64,000 bases of DNA from Candidatus Aenigmatarchaeota archaeon (GTDB lineage: Archaea; Aenigmatarchaeota; Aenigmatarchaeia; JACPZZ01): positions 89,128 to 153,127 of the forward strand of contig JAZDLW010000021.1 in the NCBI GenBank assembly GCA_043801595.1, given 5' to 3'. The position numbers were made by a program, and so were the translations under genes. The notes under the pieces are model-generated. The model searched no databases and was not told the origin of the DNA. It saw nothing but the letters and a program-made list of their open reading frames with translations. Below are positions 17,133-26,505 of the stretch, piece by piece; the first letter of the stretch is position 1, and every line of letters starts with the position of its first letter.

Positions 17133-19511
17133 ATGCAAATGAAAAAGGCAATTGCAATCGGTATGGGAACACTCCTAGCAGGAGCTTCTCTGGCCTTTGC
17201 AGGCGCAGCAGTAACTGACCTAACTAAGGTCTTTCCTTCTACCGGTACTAGCGACTTGGTAGCGTCGAATACGCTTATTGTCGTTGGCGCTGGTGTAGAT
17301 TCCACAGACACAGTAGCTGGTGTGGATGTAGCAGGAAGATTGGGAAGTACATCGACTACGACCCAGACTTTGACTACAACAGGCAGCAACGTGGACGGAA
17401 TCGAAAAGGACGGTGTGAATATTTGTATAAGCACCACAGCAGCAAGCTGTATCTTGAGTACCGCGGCCGGCACAGGCAGCGCGTTCCCAAGCGGTGTAGT
17501 TATGACAAATACGCATTACTCCGGACTGAAGAAAGGGACCATATCGTGGGACAGTAATGACTACGACTACAAGGAGCAAGCAGACCTTAGCGGAGTGACA
17601 ATGAGTCACGACGTGACAACAGACAAAGTGAACGGAACCGAGACAATGGTAGTTGAAAGCGGAGACCTAATATATAACTACGTTTTTGACAAGGCATTGA
17701 ATATCTCGAGTAAGAGCACAAAGGGCACAATTGCGAACCCGGAGTACACGTACCCGGTTAACGTAAAGCTCTTGGGCAAGACGTTCACCATTGTGGGTGT
17801 TGGTGCATCTTCAATCAAAGCCCTTGCGGGTGAGAGCGGAGAGATCAGCGCTACGACAGGTCTGACATCTGGCGCATACACAATATACGCCACACAAGGT
17901 GTAAGTGATTCGTGGGCAAAGATCGTTGTAAAAGACGCATCTGGTACTGAAGTTGCATCGAAATCGATCAGCTCGGCCAGCAGCTACGACTTTTCGGCAC
18001 AAGGCATAACAGTCAAAGTGACCGGAGTCAGAGCTATAGGCACGACCGGTGAGATCTCTGGTGTTGACGTAGTACTCGGCCCAACAGGCTCTGTTGAGAA
18101 AGAATACGACTCGACAGCTGATGTCACAAGCACTGGAACTGCAAGCGACTTATTCCCAGGTTCAACGGATTGGGGAATACAGACAACAGGTTTGAGTACC
18201 GGAACATATCCGGGCATTCCTAAGAGTGCAAAAATCCAGGTAGTTTACAAACCAAGCTCGACGCAATACCTGAAAGCGGGAGACAAGGTTACGTTCCCGA
18301 ACAGCTATGCTGAACTCGGATTTGAAGGGTTCAACACAGAAAAGTTCTCGACCATAACTGTCAAACCTTTCGGTGGAACTTCGACCTATGATGCCAACTC
18401 GACAGCTGATATTGTGGGAAGCGACCAATATGGTTTGGAAATAGCCTCGGATGTCTCGGGCTCAATAGTGAGCTTGGCAGGCAACAGCTATGATAAGGCA
18501 TATGTCTTGTTCAACAGGACTATGACTACGGCCACAGCTGGATATGGTACGCCATTCTGGATTGGTTTCTATGATAAGACCAGTAGCAAGATATTGGTCA
18601 ATAGAACCAGTGTAGACCTTGGTAACCTAGGCTTGATGGAAACGGCAAAAACGAACGTAACAACCGCAGAGTACGGACACGGCATATTGACCGCGTCGAA
18701 CTCGACATACACCTATCCGTTTAAGATAACTTACGGCGGATCCGGTGATGCGGATTGGTACCTGAACGTTACGTTGAACTTCACCAACGGAATTCAATCC
18801 GTTAAGGTGGGAAGTGTTCCAACAACGTTCTTTGACGTAACAGCCGATTTCCGAAACAAGACTGCAGGCCTTACCACAGCTGCACCTCAATTTAGATTGG
18901 GTGCGACCGCGGCAAGCGCAGAGGACAGCGAAATTTTGGCAACAACCAACGGACAGACAAACCAGCCTGTAGGCAAGAAGACACAGGACATCGTATCGGA
19001 CAGTGAGACTATCTTAGTCAACACTAACACGAACGGTGGATCGGACAGCTTTGTCTTCAAAGTACCTTCGAAGAGATTAGCTGCGAAGGTCTACTTTGGT
19101 AAGATAGGCGCGACGAGCGGTACGAGCACGTACCAGGCAGCTGTGCCAGTAACAACGCCTTTGGGCAAGTTGACGTCTGACTACACTGACGCAACCATAA
19201 AGACAACCGGCAAGAATTTGATCTTGGTCGGTGGTCCTTGTGCAAACAAGTTTGTCGGAACATTGATGAATGTAACCGGCAGCGACTGCTTGGACAAGTG
19301 GTTTGCGGAAGTTGGAGTGACGACTCTGGCAGGTGCAAAAGACAAGGCATTGATCAAGGTAGTCAATGACGCCTTTGAAACAGGCAAGGCAGCGATAATA
19401 GTTGCCGGAACTGACGCAAAGGACACCAGAAATGCAGCAGCGAAATTAATCGCTGACGGCCTGACTGGATCGAAGCTTGTGTACAGCACTGCCACAGCTG
19501 GCAGCCAATAA
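17133..19511 (+). CDS. S-layer/surface glycoprotein-like secreted protein (792 aa, many N-x-S/T sequons)
   Basis: Signal peptide (MQMKKAIAIGMGTLLAGASLAFAGAA), a Thr/Ser/Gly-rich beta-rich body, strong ribosome-binding site and a compound hairpin terminator downstream. Confidence 0.6.
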   Translation: MQMKKAIAIGMGTLLAGASLAFAGAAVTDLTKVFPSTGTSDLVASNTLIVVGAGVDSTDTVAGVDVAGRLGSTSTTTQTLTTTGSNVDGIEKDGVNICISTTAASCILSTAAGTGSAFPSGVVMTNTHYSGLKKGTISWDSNDYDYKEQADLSGVTMSHDVTTDKVNGTETMVVESGDLIYNYVFDKALNISSKSTKGTIANPEYTYPVNVKLLGKTFTIVGVGASSIKALAGESGEISATTGLTSGAYTIYATQGVSDSWAKIVVKDASGTEVASKSISSASSYDFSAQGITVKVTGVRAIGTTGEISGVDVVLGPTGSVEKEYDSTADVTSTGTASDLFPGSTDWGIQTTGLSTGTYPGIPKSAKIQVVYKPSSTQYLKAGDKVTFPNSYAELGFEGFNTEKFSTITVKPFGGTSTYDANSTADIVGSDQYGLEIASDVSGSIVSLAGNSYDKAYVLFNRTMTTATAGYGTPFWIGFYDKTSSKILVNRTSVDLGNLGLMETAKTNVTTAEYGHGILTASNSTYTYPFKITYGGSGDADWYLNVTLNFTNGIQSVKVGSVPTTFFDVTADFRNKTAGLTTAAPQFRLGATAASAEDSEILATTNGQTNQPVGKKTQDIVSDSETILVNTNTNGGSDSFVFKVPSKRLAAKVYFGKIGATSGTSTYQAAVPVTTPLGKLTSDYTDATIKTTGKNLILVGGPCANKFVGTLMNVTGSDCLDKWFAEVGVTTLAGAKDKALIKVVNDAFETGKAAIIVAGTDAKDTRNAAAKLIADGLTGSKLVYSTATAGSQ

Positions 19512-19534
19512 AATCGACAACATTTAGTTTAAAC

Positions 19535-19596
19535 GGAGTCGGGTTGAGTCGAAAGACGCATACCAATGGTATGCGTCAATCTGCTCGCCCGACTCC
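19535..19596. terminator. Compound hairpin 3' of the S-layer-like gene, containing an ACGCATACC-WWT-GGTATGCGT palindrome
   Basis: Outer stem GGAGTCGGG/CCCGACTCC. Inner perfect palindrome GACGCATACCAATGGTATGCGTC at 19555..19577. Followed by an AT-rich stretch. Confidence 0.5.
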
Positions 19597-19912
19597 AATT
19601 TCTAATTTTTTTGCTGCTTAGTTGAAAAACTCTGCTAAACTCTTTTAACAAAATAGATTTTACAACTCGGTATTTCGCAAAACTCTAATCTACGTCATCT
19701 TACCGGGATTAACTCGATATAAAATAGAATATCAGCTATTTCTTGAAATACCAGGCGAACAGGAGCAAAATAACCGCCAAAAGAATAAGCCACGAATATA
19801 TGTTCCAATCGATCATTGCTGAAAAAAGCAATATCATAATAGATATAGATGTTAATGCGCCGCTTTTGGAAAGCTTCTTCACGATTGACGTTGAATTTAC
19901 GGCTTAATAATG

Positions 19913-20335
19913 CTATAACTTTCCAATGTCCTCTTTCCAGATTTTAGGATTCTTTTTTATGAAATCCGCCATCAATCGCTTGCACTCATCCAAATCCATA
20001 TCAGCGACTTTAACGCCGCGCGATTCCATGAATTTCCGTGCAGCCGTGAGGTTTTTAGATTCTCCGACAACAACTTTTTTTATCCCGAACTGGACTACTG
20101 CGCCGGCGCAGAGGTAACACGGCATTAATGTCGAATACAGCGTCGTGTTCCTGTACGTCCCGATACGGCCTGCGTTGCGCAGACAGTCTATTTCAGCATG
20201 TATTACGGGATCGTTCTCCTGTATGCGTTTGTTGCGCCCGCTGCCGATTATTTTTCCTTTTCTGACCAGAACCGAACCGATGGGTATCCCGCCTTCGCGC
20301 AGCCCTTTGCGCGCCTCCGCGATTGCTGCTGTCAT
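19913..20335 (-). CDS. Cytosine deaminase (Fcy1-like CDA-fold zinc deaminase)
   Basis: HAEIDCL...PCYLCAGA zinc motifs. The C-terminus ECKRLMADFIKKNPKIWKEDIGKL closely matches yeast Fcy1 (CKKIMKQFIDERPQDWFEDIGE). The start is set at the internal MTAAIAEARKG to avoid overlapping the upstream paralog. Confidence 0.75.
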   Translation of the reverse strand: MTAAIAEARKGLREGGIPIGSVLVRKGKIIGSGRNKRIQENDPVIHAEIDCLRNAGRIGTYRNTTLYSTLMPCYLCAGAVVQFGIKKVVVGESKNLTAARKFMESRGVKVADMDLDECKRLMADFIKKNPKIWKEDIGKL

Positions 20336-20346
20336 GAATTTATCTT

Positions 20347-20799
20347 TCAATACAGCACCCTTCCTTTCATCCTTCTCCATTTTGCAAACTCGACCAGGCA
20401 TTCGTTCCTATGCATTTGCTCTGACGGAATACCGGAACCGCGCACAATGGAATATATTTTTTTATCCCGAAACCCGATTTTCGCAGCGTCGGCTGCGGTA
20501 CAACCGTGATAAAATTTATTTATGTTTGCCCAACATATCGCCGCCAAGCACATCGGACACGGTTCGCATGTCGTGTATATCACACAACCAGACAGGTCGA
20601 ATGTTTTTAATTTTTTCGCGGCGTTTCTTATCGCATTGATTTCGGCGTGCGCAGTCGGATCGTTTGTTTTGACAACTTCGTTATGAGCCGTTGAAATTAT
20701 TTTTCCATTATGCACAATTACTGCGCCGAACGGACCGCCGTGATTCAACTTAACGCCTTTGCGCGCCTCGGTTATGGCCGCGAATATGAATTTATTCAT
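20347..20799 (-). CDS. Guanine deaminase (GuaD-type CDA-fold)
   Basis: GGPFGAVIV..G.II...N.V....DPTAHAE..AIR and CEPCPMCL.AI.WA...DAA..GF.D..IY align closely with B. subtilis GuaD. Confidence 0.75.
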   Translation of the reverse strand: MNKFIFAAITEARKGVKLNHGGPFGAVIVHNGKIISTAHNEVVKTNDPTAHAEINAIRNAAKKLKTFDLSGCVIYTTCEPCPMCLAAICWANINKFYHGCTAADAAKIGFRDKKIYSIVRGSGIPSEQMHRNECLVEFAKWRRMKGRVLY

Positions 20800-22195
20800 G
20801 CTGTTTCTCCACTCTGAATATCAGGCATTTCTGGTTCTGTGTGATATTAACTAACAATGTCGTACAATCTTTTGTCTGGTTCAGGAATGCGGATTCCAAT
20901 GGCTGATACCAGCCCGACGAATAATAGATTGTGTAATTTGCCCCGCTATCAATCATGTTTTTACAAGAGAAATCTTCCGAATTCCATGGCAACTGGATAA
21001 AATTGCGTTTCAGGAAATACGAAAAGTACGGCGACATGGTAGTTGACATTGTCTGGTTCGGCAGTTTTTTTATCTCGTCAGCGCATTTGTACATCATATC
21101 CTCGTATTGACGCGGGATCGCTGCGACAACCACAAATGAAATGACAAATAATACCGCAATTATAACTGCAGCGGCTTTTCCGGGGTAGTCGTTTTTCCAC
21201 AACCGTTTTCCGGCGAAAATTTTTCCGAATATCTCGGACAACTTCAACAACCCGACAGCCTCGAGGATTATCGCGGAGTAGGACAATATTCCGAGAAACC
21301 TGTCTTCCTTGTGTGCAACAATATGCAACACTGTTAATGCGATGATTATCGCAACAAAATTGAATTTCAGGAATTCATAGTGCTTTGATTTCCTTATTCC
21401 GATAAACGCAAACGGTATCAGCAATCCCTGGACACCAAGGAACAAAGGAAGCACGGATGCGTAAAACAACAAACTGGTCGGAGGTGATAAACCTATGTTC
21501 GAGAACTGCGGCCATAATGGATTTCCAAACTGGATGTAATTCACAGCGAGCCATGGCGACATTACTGTTAATCCCGCCAATGCGACGATATACAGTTTCC
21601 GGTCGTATAAAACTTTTGTTCCGCGCTTGATTGCAAGGAATGCTAACACGACAATCCCGAGATAAGCCATGAAATGCTTTGACATCATTGCGAGTGCGAT
21701 GGAAACTCCGGACAGTGCCAACCATCTTGTTGAATCATTCTTGTACCCTATGTAAAACGACGCGACGCTTATTGCACCGAAAAGAATTGCAAGATCTTCG
21801 GTGAGCACGCGAGACGAATACAGTATTGAAAATATGTCCGTTGCTATAAGCGCGCTAGTGGCGAACGCAACTTTATTGTCCGTCGCCTTTTTTGTAAGAG
21901 CATAAACGACCGGTATTACAGATATGCTTACCAGCAAAACGAATATACGCGACGATAAAAACGAAAATCCGAACAACGACTCCCACAAAAACAGCGAAAA
22001 TGGCAGCAGCGGCGGACGGAAAGCCTCGAAAAAATAATTGTTGCCTGCGTAGGCGTCGGCCATTGCCATGTAAACAGTCTCGTCCCACCATACGGACGAC
22101 TGCTTTGAAAAGTAGAATATTCTTAGGGATGCGCCAAGGATAATTACCGCAACCAGTATTGCAATCGTCCTGTTATTCATTTGTACCCCTTGCAA
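20792..22195 (-). CDS. GT-C fold glycosyltransferase, ArnT/PMT-like (polyprenol-phosphate-sugar dependent)
   Basis: About 11 TM helices. The first extracytoplasmic loop carries the DE motif (WWDETVY) typical of the GT39/GT83 families. Confidence 0.65.
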   Translation of the reverse strand: MQGVQMNNRTIAILVAVIILGASLRIFYFSKQSSVWWDETVYMAMADAYAGNNYFFEAFRPPLLPFSLFLWESLFGFSFLSSRIFVLLVSISVIPVVYALTKKATDNKVAFATSALIATDIFSILYSSRVLTEDLAILFGAISVASFYIGYKNDSTRWLALSGVSIALAMMSKHFMAYLGIVVLAFLAIKRGTKVLYDRKLYIVALAGLTVMSPWLAVNYIQFGNPLWPQFSNIGLSPPTSLLFYASVLPLFLGVQGLLIPFAFIGIRKSKHYEFLKFNFVAIIIALTVLHIVAHKEDRFLGILSYSAIILEAVGLLKLSEIFGKIFAGKRLWKNDYPGKAAAVIIAVLFVISFVVVAAIPRQYEDMMYKCADEIKKLPNQTMSTTMSPYFSYFLKRNFIQLPWNSEDFSCKNMIDSGANYTIYYSSGWYQPLESAFLNQTKDCTTLLVNITQNQKCLIFRVEKQHE

Positions 22196-22884
22196 ACGCT
22201 GAACGTCTCGTTATAATTCGGGCAAACCGCAGATAATATCTCATTCATTGTCATGAATTTTCCGTAGGTTATTCCGTCGATTACAAGCGACGGGAAATCG
22301 TATATCTTGTACTGCGCGCGCAGTATGTCTATCATCGACTCTTCCAGTTGGGAATCAATTGAGAAGACAAGAAGGCTGTCGCCCAGATTCTGCTTTAGCT
22401 GTTCCAGAATGTATCCTTCATCATTGCATTTGCTGCAGTCCTTGTTGTTGAAGTAAAGCACGCTAACCGAGTCGGAACCGCACATCTCCTTGCTTTTTTC
22501 CGCTAGCAGCCAGTAGCGCAGGTTTGCGATCGTATACTTCCTCTTCAATACTATGTAATCCGGATTCGACGTATCGCCGGAAGATTCGTAACCTTCGATC
22601 TTCTTGAGCGTCGGTCCGAGGGTCTTGAGGTTGCTTTCCAGTGTTCGGGATATCACAATACAGCTTTCGTTTTTAGGCACGCTTTCGAGGTAAGAAAACT
22701 GGAATTGCAGGCTGCTAAAATCAGCTTCCTGCTGTCGGCTTAACTGCTCGAGTTCGAGTATCTTCCTCTCGCTCATCATTGTTCCGAGAACGAAACCAAG
22801 CACGAATATTGCCGCGGTTATGAATGCCGCCGCTAAATATTTGTCCTTTTTTATGCCGCGGTTGATAACTGCCATCCTTAACAA
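22177..22884 (-). CDS. Hypothetical membrane-anchored protein (single N-terminal TM helix)
   Basis: Clean ORF in the glycosylation block with a hydrophobic N-terminal segment (AAAFITAAIFVLGFVLGTMM). Confidence 0.45.
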   Translation of the reverse strand: MLRMAVINRGIKKDKYLAAAFITAAIFVLGFVLGTMMSERKILELEQLSRQQEADFSSLQFQFSYLESVPKNESCIVISRTLESNLKTLGPTLKKIEGYESSGDTSNPDYIVLKRKYTIANLRYWLLAEKSKEMCGSDSVSVLYFNNKDCSKCNDEGYILEQLKQNLGDSLLVFSIDSQLEESMIDILRAQYKIYDFPSLVIDGITYGKFMTMNEILSAVCPNYNETFSVCKGYK

Positions 22885-22907
22885 TTCCGTAAATAACCGA
22901 TATATAG

Positions 22908-24158
22908 TTACCAGTCGTGCTTGTCCTTCAGGACCAAATCGATTGTCGAGATTATGTATATGAAGCTAAGAAAAATGTAGTAAACGAAAATAAATACAGC
23001 CATCGGGATCGCTTCCGTGAAACTCATCCGTTCGCTTGTGGTCTTATGAGACCTCACGAGAATGAAGAGCGTTATTGCCGCGAACGCCCATATCACAAAC
23101 AGCTTGTAGAAATCCGTGAAAAACACGAAGTTGCTGACAAATTCGGAAACGTTGAAAAACGAACCGATGTTAAAATAGAAGCCCGCAATATAGATGTGCC
23201 TCAATACCTGCAATGCGGGCAGGAATACGTAAATGCCAAAAAATATTGTCATAAAAAAACAAGACAACAACCCGAACAGCACGTTTGGCATCAGAAAATA
23301 ACCGAAATCGCCGTAACGGCGATCAAGCATGATAGACCTGTATTTGTTGAATGTTAACCACGAACCTTTGCACCACCTTTTTCTCTGGTAATAAAGGTCA
23401 CGGAGGCTTTTCGGAGCAACCGTGTACACGTCACCCCTGTCGCTTTGCACTATCCGGTAATTGTATTTTTGCATCCTGTAAGCTATTTCCTGGTCTTCGA
23501 CAATGGAGCTTTCGTCGAATTTTCCGATCTTTCGCAGTACGTCGGTCCTGTATACGCTGAACGGGCCGGGCGTCACGTTTATCGCGTTTATGTGGCTTAA
23601 AATTCTTTTAACGTAAACCGCGAGCAGGTATTCGACCTTCTGGACTTTTTGGAGAGTCGTTCTCGGTTTGTCGACTTTCATTATCGGCGTGACCGCGGAT
23701 ATGTTTTTTTCAGAAAAATTTACAAGCATCTCCTTGAGCGAGTTTCTCGAAACGTAGGAATCCGCGTCCAAACACGCGACAAACTCGCCTTTCGCGCGGT
23801 CAAGGGCAAAATTAAGGGCCGCACCCTTGCCTTTCCGATTTTGTTTCAGGATTTTTATCCTTTTGTCCCGTATTTTCCTGACAACGCTTTCCGTATTGTC
23901 CGTTGAACCGTCATTGACGACTATGACCTCAAGCTTGTTTTTCGGATAATCCATATTTAGTGCCGACCGCACAACCTTGCTGATTGTGTGCGCCTCGTTA
24001 AACGCGGGGACTATGACGGAAACCATTGGCCAGACCGCGAATTTGCGCGGATAAAAATGGAACCTGGTTTCCCCGCTTTCGAACAATGTCAACATCAAAA
24101 ATACTGTCAGGTACAGAAGCGAGAAATAAAATACCGCAAATAATATATCCATTATCAA
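22908..24158 (-). CDS. Membrane GT2 processive glycosyltransferase (NodC/IcaA/chitin-synthase-like)
   Basis: VIVPAFNEA, DADS, QRKRW motif, and flanking TM helices. Confidence 0.75.
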   Translation of the reverse strand: MIMDILFAVFYFSLLYLTVFLMLTLFESGETRFHFYPRKFAVWPMVSVIVPAFNEAHTISKVVRSALNMDYPKNKLEVIVVNDGSTDNTESVVRKIRDKRIKILKQNRKGKGAALNFALDRAKGEFVACLDADSYVSRNSLKEMLVNFSEKNISAVTPIMKVDKPRTTLQKVQKVEYLLAVYVKRILSHINAINVTPGPFSVYRTDVLRKIGKFDESSIVEDQEIAYRMQKYNYRIVQSDRGDVYTVAPKSLRDLYYQRKRWCKGSWLTFNKYRSIMLDRRYGDFGYFLMPNVLFGLLSCFFMTIFFGIYVFLPALQVLRHIYIAGFYFNIGSFFNVSEFVSNFVFFTDFYKLFVIWAFAAITLFILVRSHKTTSERMSFTEAIPMAVFIFVYYIFLSFIYIISTIDLVLKDKHDW

Positions 24159-24178
24159 CCGATCACCGCTAAACCATA

Positions 24179-24889
24179 CTAGGCGCCTGTCTTATTTAAT
24201 TTTATAAATTTGTAGAGCAACAGGCTGAAAACGTGCCTGAGATAATTCGTATATTCCCTTGCGTTAAGTTTTGTTTTTCCGGCTTTCCTGTTCATGAAGA
24301 CGTACGGGACTTCTACGATCTTCTTGTACCTGCCTTTTACTATGATTTCGAGCCCGATCTTGTAGCCTATCGGGTCCAACGAAACGCCTTTGATAACTCC
24401 GCGCCTCAAAACAAAAAAACCGGACATTGGATCGCGCACGCTGGTAAGAGGGAGCGCCATTGTTGTTGCTCCGAGCGACGTTATTCTCCGGATTATTGGC
24501 CAGCCTTCTATGCCGCCCCCGCGAACATAACGGCTTCCGATAACAACGTCCGCTCCTTTCTTGATTTCCGCAACCATGCGTGGAAGCGTCTGGACAGGAT
24601 GGCTGAAATCGGCGTCCATTACGCCAAGCACATCGCCCTTGGCCGCTCCGAAACCGGCGATAACCGCGGAAGACAGACCAAGCTTTCCACTGCGCTCTAT
24701 GACAACGAGATTTTTCTGCTTTTTTGCAAGCCCTTTGCAAAGTTTTCCCGTATTATCGGGTGAATTGTCGTCAACGATTATTATCTCGGCCTTAATGGAA
24801 TTTTTCCTGAAAACGTGGTTAAGATCCTTTATTAGCAACCCTATGTTTTCCCTTTCATTGTACGTCGGGATAACCAAACTAAACAGCAT
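24179..24889 (-). CDS. Dolichol/polyprenol-phosphate mannosyl (hexosyl) transferase, DPM1-like GT2
   Basis: LVIPTYNERENI, VDDNSPDNT, MDADFSH; about 236 aa. Confidence 0.75.
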   Translation of the reverse strand: MLFSLVIPTYNERENIGLLIKDLNHVFRKNSIKAEIIIVDDNSPDNTGKLCKGLAKKQKNLVVIERSGKLGLSSAVIAGFGAAKGDVLGVMDADFSHPVQTLPRMVAEIKKGADVVIGSRYVRGGGIEGWPIIRRITSLGATTMALPLTSVRDPMSGFFVLRRGVIKGVSLDPIGYKIGLEIIVKGRYKKIVEVPYVFMNRKAGKTKLNAREYTNYLRHVFSLLLYKFIKLNKTGA

Positions 24890-24898
24890 AAAACCGCC

Positions 24899-25576
24899 TT
24901 AGACAAACCCAAGCGCTTCGTCAGCCCGCACTATTTCGTGTATTGTCGTTTCGGTTCCGGTAACCATTCCGCTGGAATTGCATATTCCAACAGCGCCTAC
25001 CCACGGCGATCCCAAACCAAGAGTTCCGGGCATTGATTTGACCTTGAGAACGCTTTCTATCAGCGATTTTTCGTTTTCCCTTATTCCGGGGTGCAACAGC
25101 ACACCGCGTTTGTTTGCAAGACACGCGGATCCTGTTAACGGTGTTGCGGACGCAGAGACGGATATAGCTTCAACGCCAAGACATTCTCTTATGGCGTTTT
25201 TTTGCTTGATCGTGAAGATAGGCGATATTGCAGCACCATTGTCGTTTGCGACAATAAGATTTCCAAGCGCGTTGTATCTGGAATTCAGCGCGCATACGTT
25301 AATTCCGAGTTCTTTCTCAAGAAAACGCTTCTCTTCGTCCTCTATTAATCCGGATACGACAATGCCGTTGCTGTTTCCTGCAATAAAGATCCCGACAAAA
25401 TTCGTGTAGCCTACTGATGCCCTATGCACGTCCACGCCCAGCACACTGGCAATATCAGCGTGCTGTTTTTCAGTGACTATGTTCGGAACTAGGCAAAACT
25501 TCTCGGTTGCGACGCAGAACAAACCTATGTTACCGTCGCCCCTGATTTTCAACCGCAATGTGTGTCCGTCTTTCAT
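24899..25576 (-). CDS. eif6: Translation initiation factor 6 (aIF6)
   Basis: Fivefold pseudo-repeat pattern. C-terminus GSPWVGAVGICNSSGMVTGTETTIHEIVRADEALGF matches aIF6. Confidence 0.8.
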   Translation of the reverse strand: MKDGHTLRLKIRGDGNIGLFCVATEKFCLVPNIVTEKQHADIASVLGVDVHRASVGYTNFVGIFIAGNSNGIVVSGLIEDEEKRFLEKELGINVCALNSRYNALGNLIVANDNGAAISPIFTIKQKNAIRECLGVEAISVSASATPLTGSACLANKRGVLLHPGIRENEKSLIESVLKVKSMPGTLGLGSPWVGAVGICNSSGMVTGTETTIHEIVRADEALGFV

Positions 25577-25671
25577 TTTAAAACAAGTAATGTATGAAAT
25601 TTAAGAGTATTAAATAAGCTTTTCAGAAAAGCTTAAGCAAAAGATGATTGAAAAATTTAATCAAGAAACGA

Positions 25672-26082
25672 TCAGGCCTTGCTTTCGGCAACGGCTTTCT
25701 TCTCTGCAATATTCTTTTGCGCCTCCGGTTTCGCCTCGGTTTTCTTTGCAGCGGTTTCTTTTGGCGCTTCAACTTTTGCAGCCGCCTTTTCAACCTTAGT
25801 TCTAGCTGCCTTCTTTTCGGCATATTTGGAAGTGTCCACGAGATCGGCAAAAACTCTATCGCCCTCTTTCCTGACTTTTATCCTTATCTTCGCAGGCGGA
25901 TGCGAAACGCCACGTGACCATACGAACTCGTTTATTTCCGGGCTTATCACAACATCGTCCGCTCTGAGCATTTTAGAAACGAATGTCCTTATGCTCTTGA
26001 CAGCAGCCGGCGATTTCCTGCGCCTGCTGGTTTTCGAAAAAACCCTGCGAAGGGGAATATTGTAAACTTTTTCATCTGTCAT
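25672..26082 (-). CDS. rpl31e: Ribosomal protein eL31 with a Lys/Ala-rich C-terminal extension
   Basis: YNIPLRR...AVKSIRTFV...EFVWSRGV..PPAKIRIKV. The start is chosen at MTDEK, which forms an ATGA overlap with the eL39 stop. Confidence 0.8.
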   Translation of the reverse strand: MTDEKVYNIPLRRVFSKTSRRRKSPAAVKSIRTFVSKMLRADDVVISPEINEFVWSRGVSHPPAKIRIKVRKEGDRVFADLVDTSKYAEKKAARTKVEKAAAKVEAPKETAAKKTEAKPEAQKNIAEKKAVAESKA

Positions 26083-26233
26083 AGCTTGATGTGGCTCCTT
26101 CTCCATTTCTTTATCTTGTCAACTTTTATTCTTCTTGATCGCGCACGCTTTAATCCGAATTTGCGTATGTCTGCCCATCTGGGAGCTGTGGATATTCGGC
26201 CGATTCGCGCCAATTTCCTTTTTTTGCTTATTC
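26079..26233 (-). CDS. rpl39e: Ribosomal protein eL39 (GTG start; missing from the ORF track)
   Basis: Hand translation gives (M)VNRISKKRKLARIGRISTAPRWADIRKFGLKRARSRRIKVDKIKKWRRSHIKL. It has the eL39 pattern KK.RLA...P.W....G.R...RR.WRR.KL and the conserved position between PDCD5-like and eL31. Confidence 0.65.
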
Positions 26234-26247
26234 TGTTAACCACAACA

Positions 26248-26496
26248 TCATGCCCGTCTGATCTTGAATTCCTTTTTCTGCGTTACCCTGTCAAGTATCT
26301 GCTTTAACTGCTCGTCGTTTATTTCCGTTTTTATCTGTCCGGCCTGAAACAGCTGGACCATATACGCTTCCAGCTGAGTTGCGAGCTCCGGTTTTACTGC
26401 CCGCACCCTTGCAAAGCGCTCATACGCTTCCTTTGTCAGTATGCGCGAAAGTATCGCCTTTCTCGAGGCCGCTTCGGAGTCGTTGTTTTCGGCCAT
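26248..26496 (-). CDS. PDCD5/TFAR19-like dsDNA-binding protein
   Basis: EAASRKAILSRILTKEAYERFARVRAVKPELATQLEAYMVQLFQAGQI; conserved neighbour of eS19/eL39. Confidence 0.65.
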   Translation of the reverse strand: MAENNDSEAASRKAILSRILTKEAYERFARVRAVKPELATQLEAYMVQLFQAGQIKTEINDEQLKQILDRVTQKKEFKIRRA

Positions 26497-26505
26497 TACT
26501 ATCGC

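Noticed and set aside
24233-24763. A 176-aa plus-strand ORF and a 158-aa minus-strand ORF (24264..24740) inside the DPM1-like gene.
   Set aside because: They are alternative frames of a well-supported GT2 gene. Their Arg-rich composition is an artefact of GC-rich antisense reading.
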